Shown here piece after piece: positions 9,248 through 17,341 of a stretch of DNA of 26,567 nucleotides. The translations under genes were made by a program, and so were the position numbers. The notes under the pieces are model-generated. The model had not been told where the DNA came from, made no database searches, and saw only the letters and a program-made list of their open reading frames with translations. The DNA is taken from NCBI GenBank assembly GCA_046758445.1, contig JBHIAE010000039.1, positions 1 to 26,567 on the forward strand, given 5' to 3'. This DNA is from Candidatus Thorarchaeota archaeon (GTDB lineage: Archaea > Asgardarchaeota > Thorarchaeia > Thorarchaeales > Thorarchaeaceae). The first letter of the stretch is position 1. Every line of letters begins with the position of its first letter.

Positions 9248-10187
9248 GTGGCTGAAACCTCGTCTAAATACTACTTGGCAGTCGTCATCGCCATGTTCTT
9301 TTGGGGAGGATCGTGGGTTTCAGCTAAGATTCTGGTCACTATCGCGCCGCCTATGACTATCGGGGTTCCTCCGCTTCTTGGTGGCGACTGTTCTCTTCGC
9401 CATTCTGCTTCCGGCAATAGGGGTGATGCCTTGGAAGCTGTTCACTCGGAAGAATGCAAGACTACTCTTTCTGGTTGGTCTGACTGGAGTGTTTGGATAC
9501 GGCGTTCTCTTCCTTACGGGTATGCGGTTCACCACGGCTGCTCAAGGTGCAATCATAGCAGGATTCAACCCTGCGACAGTGAGCCTCTTTGCGCACATCA
9601 TACACAAGGAACGACTTGCCAGACGATGGCAATACACAGGTTTTGCAGTGGCTTTCATCGGAATCGTCCTCGTGGTGGGAGTGCAAGCCCTCATCGACTT
9701 TCAACTTGAGTACCTTGTTGGCAACTTGATAATCCTGGGGGCTATGTTCACGTGGGGCCTCTACTCATCCGTCGGCAAAGAAGCGATGAAGGAGATGTCC
9801 GCCTCCGAGGTGACGGCGGCGGGAGTAATGGTTGGCTGTGTGCTCTTTGGGCTTGGAGCGCTGACCGAAGAGGTGTGGCTACTTCCTGCGCTGGTCGACC
9901 CAGTCTTCTGGATCAATGTGTTCTATCTAGGTGCCCTCGTCACGTTTGTGGGCTTCTTGTTTTACTTCGAGGCCATCAAGAATCTCGGAGCGACTAGGGC
10001 TGGAGGTTTCATCAACCTCGTCCCAGTCTTTGGAACTTCGCTCTCCGTACTCATATTGAATGAGCCTATCTATTGGACCTTCATCCTAGGATTGATGCTG
10101 GTGATCTGTGGCATTGTCGTCATAAACCTGCCAAACAGGAATATCGAGAAACCTGCGGCCTTCGACGATGAAACGGAAGACAGATAA
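9248..10187 (+). pseudogene. EamA/DMT-family transporter with a 1-nt frameshift (real lesion or sequencing error)
   Basis: The N-terminus (MFFWGGSWVSAK...PPMTIG) is in the 9206 frame and the rest in the 9378 frame. Removing one G from GGGG 9362-9365 restores IGFLRFLVAT and a two-repeat EamA protein. Confidence 0.85.
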
Positions 10188-10245
10188 CCGTGACAACTCT
10201 GCCGACAAAATCCAGGGTGCTGAATAGTACCTCCGGGTGTTGTGT

Positions 10246-11760
10246 ATGAAGGCGTATGAAGAATTGATGACCAAAGCAAAGGACATTGAAGTTCTTGACT
10301 CATCAATAGGGATTGTCAACTGGGACTTGGAAACATACATGCCCCCTTCAGGCATCCAATTGAGAAGCGAACAACTCTCTCTTCTAGACCGGCTGAGTCA
10401 TGAGATGATTTCATCGCCACAGATTGGCGATCTGCTTAACGAAGTCAGGAAGAGCCTGGACGCTATGAGCGAGGTCCAGAGGCGAAACATCCACCTACTT
10501 CAAAGAGACCATGATATCGCGACTAGGATACCAGCCGAGCTTGTGGGCAGGCTGTCAAAACAGAAGGCAATTGCTACTGACATCTGGAAGAAGGCAAAGA
10601 CAGCGAAGGATTGGAAGATGTTTGAGCCAGAGCTGAAGAAACTCGTCGAGTTGTCCAGAGAACGAGAAGAAATCGCGATGGAAGTAAAGGGGATTGATTC
10701 TCTCTATGACTCTATGCTGGACGATTTCGAAAGGGGTCTAAGCGCCGATGTAGTATCGAAGGTCTTCCGCCAATTGCGCGATAGGCTAGTGCCTCTTGCA
10801 GAAAGATGTGCAGAACCATCAAAGGATGTGAGCAGAAGTTTTCTGTCAAAGAGAGTACCCATTGACGTTCAGACCAGAATTGCAGTGGACATCGGGAATC
10901 TGATTGGGTATGACACGACTTCCGATACTGCACGCGGGAGGATAGATCCGACCGAGCACCCATTCACGACAGGTTACTTTGATGACGTCAGAGTCACTCT
11001 GCACTACTATGAGAACAACGTTTCTGCAATGATTTATGCCATGCTACATGAGGGGGGTCACGCGCTCTATGAGCAAAACCTCAATCGCGAGTTCATGTAC
11101 CAACCTGTCGGAACTGCCGCAAGCTTCGGAATCCATGAATCAATGTCAAGATTCTATGAAAACATGATTGGTCGAACTCCCGAGTTCTGGGGGTACTATC
11201 TACCAAGACTGAACGAGATCACCAGCGGAACTTTCGCCGATGTAGACCAGGGCGAGTTTGTGAAAGGAACAACCTTGGTCAGACCTTCGAAAGTCAGGAT
11301 TGAAGCCGACGAGGTCACATATTCACTCCACATCATCATCAGGTTTGAGATTGAACGGGAACTATTGGCCGAGAAACTCACTGTTTCGGAACTTCCTCAA
11401 GTATGGAATGAGAAGTACGAGAAGTACCTCGGAGTTCAAGTCAAGCATGATGGAGAAGGCGTTCTTCAAGACACCCACTGGGGAAGCGGCCTTTACGGGT
11501 ATTTCCCCAGCTATGCTCTTGGCAATGTCTACGATGGACAATGGGCCCTCAAGCTGGGCAAAGATGTACCAGATTGGGGTAAGTCTGTATCTGAAGGTGA
11601 TCTAGACCCAGTCAATAGATGGTTGGTCGATAACATTCAGAGTAAAGGTGCACTTTACGATCCGGAAGACCTAGTCAAGCTTATCACCGGCAACCAACTA
11701 GACGCAAGGCCATTCTTAGACTACCTCGAACGCAAGTATTCCAGATTGCTTGCACTCTAG
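10246..11760 (+). CDS. Carboxypeptidase, M32 (Taq) family
   Basis: WDLETYMP, HPF, HEGGHALYEQ (HEXXH), HESMS, RIEADE, LQDTHW, GYFPSY. Confidence 0.95.
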   Translation: MKAYEELMTKAKDIEVLDSSIGIVNWDLETYMPPSGIQLRSEQLSLLDRLSHEMISSPQIGDLLNEVRKSLDAMSEVQRRNIHLLQRDHDIATRIPAELVGRLSKQKAIATDIWKKAKTAKDWKMFEPELKKLVELSREREEIAMEVKGIDSLYDSMLDDFERGLSADVVSKVFRQLRDRLVPLAERCAEPSKDVSRSFLSKRVPIDVQTRIAVDIGNLIGYDTTSDTARGRIDPTEHPFTTGYFDDVRVTLHYYENNVSAMIYAMLHEGGHALYEQNLNREFMYQPVGTAASFGIHESMSRFYENMIGRTPEFWGYYLPRLNEITSGTFADVDQGEFVKGTTLVRPSKVRIEADEVTYSLHIIIRFEIERELLAEKLTVSELPQVWNEKYEKYLGVQVKHDGEGVLQDTHWGSGLYGYFPSYALGNVYDGQWALKLGKDVPDWGKSVSEGDLDPVNRWLVDNIQSKGALYDPEDLVKLITGNQLDARPFLDYLERKYSRLLAL

Positions 11761-11867
11761 GGCGTACGCGGGTGCAAAGAGTTTTGAAGTCAGATTCCTC
11801 TGTTTGCATGAGATTTGCTAAGCAAGTGCGATTGTGGAAGACAGATTGCCGGTAGCGGTGTAGTTTC

Positions 11868-12725
11868 GTGAGAGAGATTCAGATTCATCTTGAGAGGGAG
11901 AAGTATTCCCCGGGAGATCGGATTGAGGGAAATGTCATTGTCGTGACTGATGACAGCTTTGAGTGCAATGCTGTCAATCTCAGATTCACGGCCACAGAGA
12001 GGTCTCGCGTCGTTAGAGGTAGCGGGAAGTACAAAAGAGTGTATGTTGAGAAACAGACTCATTTGGACCAGTTCTTTGAGCTAGAAGGAGAAACGGTCAT
12101 TCAAGAGGGACAAACATCGTACGATTTCGCAATTATACTGCCTAAGGATGCTCCAGCCAGCTTCCGGGGATTCTATAGCTTCATCAGGTACGAGCTAGAG
12201 GCTAAGGTTGAGATTTCTTGGGCGAAAGACCCGAGGGCAATGGTCGAATTCTCTGTTGAAGTTGATAGAGCTGTTCTAACACCTGTTTCTGTCAGTGATG
12301 TACTCCTGGAGGAAGAAACCAGGCTTCTCAGTGTCGAGCTAGACACGGATGTACTAAGTCCCGGAGAGCCTTTTGAGATTGAGGTCAGACTGGACAGTGA
12401 GATTGAATTCCGAGGTTTGAGGTGTGAACTAATACACGAGGAGAGAGTTTCTCCAAAGGGGCGAGATGCCAAACGCAGGACTGTTCTCACTGAGTGGTAC
12501 TCAGAAGAATTCAGAGTCCCAAGATACGTGCCCGTCAAAGTTTTGATGCAGACAGGGGATGACTGGCCTCGGGCATTCCAATCTGACCTGATAACTTGTC
12601 GCTACCTTCTGAAGATCACGCTTGACATCGCTTGGAGATTTGACAAGGTGATTGAGATACCGATCAGATACGGAGAAACTGATCGAGAAACCGAATCTTT
12701 CGAATTGGTTGGATTCGATTTCTAG
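11868..12725 (+). CDS. Arrestin-fold protein (alpha-arrestin / SpoOM / Vps26 clan), two beta-sandwich domains
   Basis: YSPGDRIEGNVIV and LPKDAPASFRGFYSFIRYELEAKVEI match arrestin_N. A second similar domain carries LSPGEPFEIEV...PRAFQSDLITCRYLLKITLDI. Confidence 0.8.
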   Translation: MREIQIHLEREKYSPGDRIEGNVIVVTDDSFECNAVNLRFTATERSRVVRGSGKYKRVYVEKQTHLDQFFELEGETVIQEGQTSYDFAIILPKDAPASFRGFYSFIRYELEAKVEISWAKDPRAMVEFSVEVDRAVLTPVSVSDVLLEEETRLLSVELDTDVLSPGEPFEIEVRLDSEIEFRGLRCELIHEERVSPKGRDAKRRTVLTEWYSEEFRVPRYVPVKVLMQTGDDWPRAFQSDLITCRYLLKITLDIAWRFDKVIEIPIRYGETDRETESFELVGFDF

Positions 12726-12737
12726 AAGGTGTGGCCG

Positions 12738-13298
12738 TCATACATTGTTTGAGATTGGACCCTCCTGTGGTATCACACCCTTCTCACATATCAGTTCGAG
12801 AAGAGTATGAATTGCTTCATTGACGTTCTCTCCTGATTCAGTATTCGTGAAGTAACAAGGCGAATCTAGCGCAAGTGCTACCTCCAGAATCTCATCCCGG
12901 GTCACATTACTGGGCAGATCTGACTTGTTTGCAATAAGAACGAGAGGAACATCTCCACCTGTTTCGACTTCCAGCATATCTACCCATCTCTGAATGCTCT
13001 CGAAGGTATCGGGATTCGAAACGTCAAAGACAAGAATCAGCCCGGACACATCGAGGAGACAGCTCCCGGGATCCCCGGACTCCAGTGAGAATGTTCGGCT
13101 TGTGAGCTCCACACTACAAGGATAGACCCCATGTACTGTGAAGTCTCTCACTAGTTTGTCCTCGCTGACAGTTTCGTCTGTGAGTCCCTCCTTTCGTAAG
13201 CTCTCCAAGATGCTAGTCTTGCCTACCCCGGGGTCTCCAACTATGCAAATCTTCAGCGGGGCGCTAGTTCCTGACACTGCCGCCTCCTCCGTGGACAA
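12738..13298 (-). CDS. Rab/Ras-like small GTPase, atypical (no DxxG)
   Basis: KICIVGDPGVGKTS (G1), LILVFDVS...TFESIQRW, LVLIANKSDL (G4), TNTESGENV (G5-like). Confidence 0.88.
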   Translation of the reverse strand: MSTEEAAVSGTSAPLKICIVGDPGVGKTSILESLRKEGLTDETVSEDKLVRDFTVHGVYPCSVELTSRTFSLESGDPGSCLLDVSGLILVFDVSNPDTFESIQRWVDMLEVETGGDVPLVLIANKSDLPSNVTRDEILEVALALDSPCYFTNTESGENVNEAIHTLLELICEKGVIPQEGPISNNV

Positions 13299-13509
13299 TG
13301 CCTTCTAATCAGGGTTACACTAAATAATACGTACTTTCGCCGATATTACTTTGTTCATGGCGCTATTTCGATGCATTTTGAGGCGCGAAACAGAAACCGA
13401 GTGATGTTTCCTAGGTCAACATCTTGTGCGCCGATAGAATGTTCTATTAATCCATGATGTGTCGGAATCGTAGTATTCAGCGTGTCAAGTGCAATAGGTG
13501 AGATATTGA

Positions 13510-13782
13510 TTGCAGGAACTTGAGCTGAACGGGTTTGAGGATGATGAGGAGACCATCGAGGAAGCCTACTCGATAAAGCTATGCCGCTCGATACTCGTGA
13601 TTACGTGGCTCTTTTCGGCAATGTTCATCTGGTTTGCACTGAATAGCTCTCAATTCATCGAGATAGATGTCCTTGGCCAAATCATGCCTTATTGCTGGGC
13701 GTGCTTCATGGTTACTGCTTCTTGGATAGCAATCAAAGTCTACATGCATTTCAGGAGAGGACCTATTGCATTCCAGCTCTAA
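13510..13782 (+). CDS. Small 2-TM membrane protein with acidic N-terminus, unknown function
   Basis: AGGTGA SD-like motif upstream of the TTG start; two hydrophobic segments. Confidence 0.6.
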   Translation: MQELELNGFEDDEETIEEAYSIKLCRSILVITWLFSAMFIWFALNSSQFIEIDVLGQIMPYCWACFMVTASWIAIKVYMHFRRGPIAFQL

Positions 13783-13857
13783 GGTCGGTTGCCACAGAGT
13801 GATGGATAATCGCCATGCCAGACAGAAGGCGGGTTCACCATGCAGTCTATCCGTGAT

Positions 13858-14240
13858 CTAGAACCTTGAAGCCCATTGGTTGCGAGTTTGACGCCTTTCA
13901 CCCACCACTATCATGACGATGATTGCGAGGACCACAAATAGCCCTACAACACCTAGGATTGTCATCAATACTACAGGGTCAATCAATAGGCTCTGAAACG
14001 CTTCAGTTGTTGTTTCCTGAGTTTCACTCGTTATCGTCGTGGTTGTTGTGGTGGCCGGTTGAGTAATGTCGTAGTAGTCGTTGTGGTAGATGTAGTCGTG
14101 GTTGTAGTAGTAGTTGCTGTTGTTGTGGTGGTAGGAACCCCTGCTCCACTAGTCACGCCCAGAACCAGCGTCAAGCACATGGCGAGGAACAGAATGGATG
14201 CACTCTTTGAGGAAAGTGTCCTTCGCATTCTAACGAGCAT
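13858..14240 (-). pseudogene. Small mucin-like Thr-rich cell-surface protein (signal peptide, Thr stalk, C-terminal TM), one frameshift
   Basis: After a 1-nt shift near 14067 the frame continues ITQPATTTTTTITSETQETTTEAFQSLLIDPVVLMTILGVVGLFVVLAIIVMIVVGERRQTRNQWASRF*. Confidence 0.7.
14036..14133 (-). repeat. Low-complexity (ACN)n Thr-codon tract
   Basis: Imperfect GTN trinucleotide run on the + strand. Confidence 0.8.
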
Positions 14241-14439
14241 TCAGTGGTATTCCTAGACCCGCTCCTTGAATTGATTTTAAGCTTCTTCGCACCAAGAGTC
14301 GGGCATGAAAGGAGAATCAGCTTCTCTGGAAGGACTACAACTCGGAGTCGCTAACATTGAGAACTGAAACCCTGCAGTCCAATCCGTAGGTGACTGAGCT
14401 TTGAAAAGGAGTGCTCAGCTGGTTGTGTGAACAACTGCC

Positions 14440-14689
14440 CTACTTCGTACGGCGAATGTACCAGATGATCTTGTCAGCTTCCTCGACCATCTCCACTATC
14501 TCGTGACCCGTCCTGTCGGCAAAGGCGGGAAAGTCTTTCTTTGTGCCGATGTCAGTCGCGATGACCTGAAGAATCTGGGCAATATCGACCTCTTTCGACC
14601 TCTTGAATCTCCTTCTTTGCCTTGAGAATAGGCATTGGACATCTAAGTCCTGTCGCATCGAAGGTCCTGGAAACATCGTGGTCTACCAT
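14440..14689 (-). pseudogene. tusA: TusA/SirA-family sulfur carrier interrupted by a 10-bp tandem duplication
   Basis: ATG at 14689 gives MVDHDVSRTFDATGLRCPMPILKAKKEIQEV (CPxP motif). Removing one TCGACCTCTT copy (14585-14604) joins it to DIAQILQVIATDIGTKKDFPAFADRTGHEI, giving 79 aa. Confidence 0.9.
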
Positions 14690-14874
14690 ACTCAATACCC
14701 GCGAACGGGCGGAAATGCTCAGTAGTCTAAAGCATTATGTTTGCGCCATTCCCAACTGAATCCCTCTCTACCAGATTCAGTTTCAACCTGTAAATAACGA
14801 GTTCAATTTGGATTCCTGTTCCAACACTCTTATTTACTGGAGTTCTTCGGCCGGGCCCAACCTGGTGTACTACT

Positions 14875-15270
14875 ATGGCAGTATTTCAGCTACTATTGTT
14901 CCTTCTCTTCGCCATGGGATTTGCGACCATGTTTAGTGGATTCATGGTGGCGAGAAGAATGGGTTACGTATTGATGAACTAGGTCATGCTTCTAATGCTG
15001 GGTATGTTGGTGAGCCTCATCACATTAATCGCGGGAATTGTGGCACCAACGTTCTCGCTTGGATTCATGGACTTGGTGCAACTACTACTAGTGATTGATC
15101 TTATTCTCTTTGGGCTGGCTCTCCTGATGGAATTCATTCAGGCAGTGCCCGTGCTAATGAAGACAATGCAAGGCGGACCAATTCACAGCTCCCACATAAC
15201 AAACTTGGTTCTGTCGGTCTTCCTGATCCTCGCAATGGTCCTGTACTATGTTGACCTTGCGGTCTTGTAG
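14875..15270 (+). CDS. 4-TM membrane protein with an internal in-frame TAG at 14980-14982
   Basis: ATG 14875 gives MAVFQLLLFLLFAMGFATMFSGFMVARRMGYVLMN*V, in frame with the 14986 ORF. Hydrophobic character continues across the stop. Confidence 0.65.
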
Positions 15271-15290
15271 AAGTTGGAGATGATAACAAG

Positions 15291-15653
15291 ATGGCAGAAC
15301 TATATCTCTTAGGTCAATGGGGACCCGAAACAGCCGAGAGGTGCTTTGGACCATTTGTGACTGGAACGACAGCTCAGGCTCAGGAGGTTCAAACAAACAT
15401 ATTCCTGATGATGGACGCAGTGTATCTGATGAGGAGGGGCGTAGCCGAGAAAGTGAAAGCTCCCGGCTTTCCGCCACTGCAAGACCTCATCGATGCATTC
15501 CTTGAGGCCGGAGGCAAGATCCAAGTTTGTTCCAATTCTGTCGAATTCCGTGGAATCACTCAAGAAGACCTCAGGGACCCCAGAATCGAGATTGCAGGCG
15601 CCGCGACTATGGTTGATGACGTCCTGAAACACGAGAGAACCATGTTCTTCTAG
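15291..15653 (+). CDS. Stand-alone DsrE-family (DsrE/F-like) putative sulfurtransferase
   Basis: GPETAERC, IFLMMDAVYL, GGKIQVCSNSVEFRGI, IAGAATMV. Confidence 0.85.
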   Translation: MAELYLLGQWGPETAERCFGPFVTGTTAQAQEVQTNIFLMMDAVYLMRRGVAEKVKAPGFPPLQDLIDAFLEAGGKIQVCSNSVEFRGITQEDLRDPRIEIAGAATMVDDVLKHERTMFF

Positions 15654-15663
15654 CAACTCTGAA

Positions 15664-15688
15664 GGAGAGAACAGTTCTTGTTCTCTCC
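15664..15688. terminator. Perfect hairpin between convergent genes
   Basis: GGAGAGAACA-GTTCT-TGTTCTCTCC, 10-bp stem with 5-nt loop. Confidence 0.65.
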
Positions 15689-15728
15689 AATTCCATTTCT
15701 TTGAAGTACCATGGCGAAAGGCCGCTTC

Positions 15729-15956
15729 TCAGTCTTCTTTCTTGGAGAAGTAGACATAGACAGACTGGTCACTGTCATCCATGATGATGCTGTACTTAAG
15801 GTTCTCAGCTAGGCCCACATGGAACTTGAGTTCATCAATTGCATCATCGTCTTCCTTGCGAAGATGGAGATGATCCTTCAGGAACCTGAGCGAAACTGCA
15901 ATATCCTTGTCGGCAATCTCATTGACCATTTCCTCGAGCCTATCCCTCACGGTCAT
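15729..15956 (-). CDS. Small acidic hypothetical protein (~75 aa)
   Basis: Protein-like composition from ATG 15956 (MTVRDRLEEM). The ORF track extends it to 16100, which is probably non-coding. Confidence 0.6.
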   Translation of the reverse strand: MTVRDRLEEMVNEIADKDIAVSLRFLKDHLHLRKEDDDAIDELKFHVGLAENLKYSIIMDDSDQSVYVYFSKKED

Positions 15957-16153
15957 GTCTATCTCGGTGTTAGACTTCTTCAATTCAGATATTCTCTTAG
16001 AGTGCTTCTTCCATGCCAAGATAAAACACCCACTCTCGAATCCTAGTTCTGCTTCTTTTTCAATCTTTGCAGAAACAGTTCCGAAATCGTCGAAACACAA
16101 GCTGAAGGAGCACTATCAAGAGAACAGTTGTGCAAGAAACCCAAGGTTGAATG

Positions 16154-16483
16154 CTATAGCGAGATGACTCTGTCATACTGTTCCATAATCAAATCAACTG
16201 CATCCTCGTAGCTAATAGGCTCAACATCAACGACTAGGCGAGCCTCGATACCACGCTCTTCGACGTGGTTCCTAGTCGCATGGATTGGCGCACCTAGACG
16301 CAACAATGTTTCAGACTCAGGACAGCCCTTGTCCGCAAGATAGACTCCATCCTGCACCAAGAGCAATCCTAGATCGTGTCCACCGGCCTTCAAAGCACCG
16401 GCAATCTCAGTCAGGTTGTGACAGTCAGACGAAATCCACAGGAGAAACTTCACTCTTTTCACCTCAGTATCAGAATGTGACAA
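16154..16483 (-). CDS. dsrH: DsrH/TusB-family sulfur relay subunit
   Basis: LLLVQDGVY, HVEERGI, ISYEDAVDLI. Third gene of the operon; exact start uncertain. Confidence 0.85.
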   Translation of the reverse strand: MSHSDTEVKRVKFLLWISSDCHNLTEIAGALKAGGHDLGLLLVQDGVYLADKGCPESETLLRLGAPIHATRNHVEERGIEARLVVDVEPISYEDAVDLIMEQYDRVISL

Positions 16484-16822
16484 TCACCTCATTCTCGGTA
16501 AAGGCCTGCGCAACTTTCGATTCATCAACTACCTCAACCTCTTCGGATGTTTCGGCAGTGCTGATACCCCTATCTTCCAATGACTTCTCGCTTGCCAGGA
16601 TTCGACCATCGAAATCGAGGTAGGTAGCCTTGAACATTCGGAAAGGCACTTCGCTAGCAACCTTCAGCAGAGAATAGACTCCATCTCCCATGAAGAGCAG
16701 TGTCGGCTCGTGATCCATTCCGAACATCCCCACAGCAGCTCTCCATCCCTCGAAATTGATGATTCTGCCATATAGGGCCTGCTGTTGACAAGAATGAGAA
16801 TCTTACGTTCACGAAACTTCAT
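16470..16822 (-). pseudogene. dsrF: DsrF/TusC-family subunit with a 2-nt (AT) insertion frameshift
   Basis: GGAGGAGTGA SD then ATG 16822 gives MKFRERKILILVNSRPY. Removing AT at 16770-16771 continues GRIINFEGWRAAVGMFG...LLFMGDGVYSL...SLEDRGI, giving 116 aa. Confidence 0.85.
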
Positions 16823-16833
16823 AATCACTCCTC

Positions 16834-17199
16834 CTAGAAACAGAATGTGACGAACCGGTCCGACTCCCCTATATACTCCGCCAACTCAGTAAGACCCGAA
16901 ACCTCAACTCCCTCAATAAAGTCCGACCCACGTTGGTCGAAGCCCCTGGCTGAAGTACAAAGTCCACATGCTTGAAACTCGGCCCCGGCATCAGCCAGCT
17001 CTTGAAGTTTGTCGTTCATCGGTATGTCTGGATCAGGGTCCTGACCTACCTTTGCATTGTTAACACCATCGACGAACAGGAAGACCTTGACTCCGTATCC
17101 CATCTCTAGGGCAGCCTTCGCAAGGTCATAGAACGTGTGACTGTTCTGGTAGGTGTATGGTGAAGTCAGAAGAAGGATGCCAAGGGTCTTCTTTTCCAA
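16834..17199 (-). CDS. dsrE: DsrE/TusD-family sulfurtransferase subunit
   Basis: LTSPY, VFLFVDGVNN, ACGLCTSARG (persulfide Cys region), SGLTELAEYIGESDRFVTF. Confidence 0.9.
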   Translation of the reverse strand: MEKKTLGILLLTSPYTYQNSHTFYDLAKAALEMGYGVKVFLFVDGVNNAKVGQDPDPDIPMNDKLQELADAGAEFQACGLCTSARGFDQRGSDFIEGVEVSGLTELAEYIGESDRFVTFCF

Positions 17200-17341
17200 G
17201 CAAACTCAACTCCATGAGATTTGCCACGGCGGCACACCACCTGTTTAAAACTGTAACTCTACGACCAGGCGCCTTCTAAGGCCAACATTGAAAAAGCCTA
17301 CAAGAATACGCCGACTCGAGCGAACAAGTCAAAATGGTGCG

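Noticed and set aside
9362-9365. Programmed frameshift in the EamA gene
   Set aside because: A single extra G in a G4 run with no slippery heptamer is most simply a sequencing error or an ordinary mutation.
2954-13298. A GPCR-like pathway linking the multi-TM kinase, arrestin and GTPase
   Set aside because: The kinase is over 6 kb away, separated by unrelated metabolic genes, and is not a 7-TM receptor.
14059-14256. Poly-Val ORF on the + strand
   Set aside because: It is the antisense shadow of the Thr-codon tract.
14440-14676. ORF-track protein MFPGPSMRQ...
   Set aside because: Its N-terminus is the wrong frame of tusA, caused by the 10-bp duplication.
15659-16129. Similar sequences CTGAAGGAG-AGAACAGTT (15659) and CTGAAGGAG-N10-AGAACAGTT (16102)
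   Set aside because: Short, differently spaced and present only twice; cannot be distinguished from chance.
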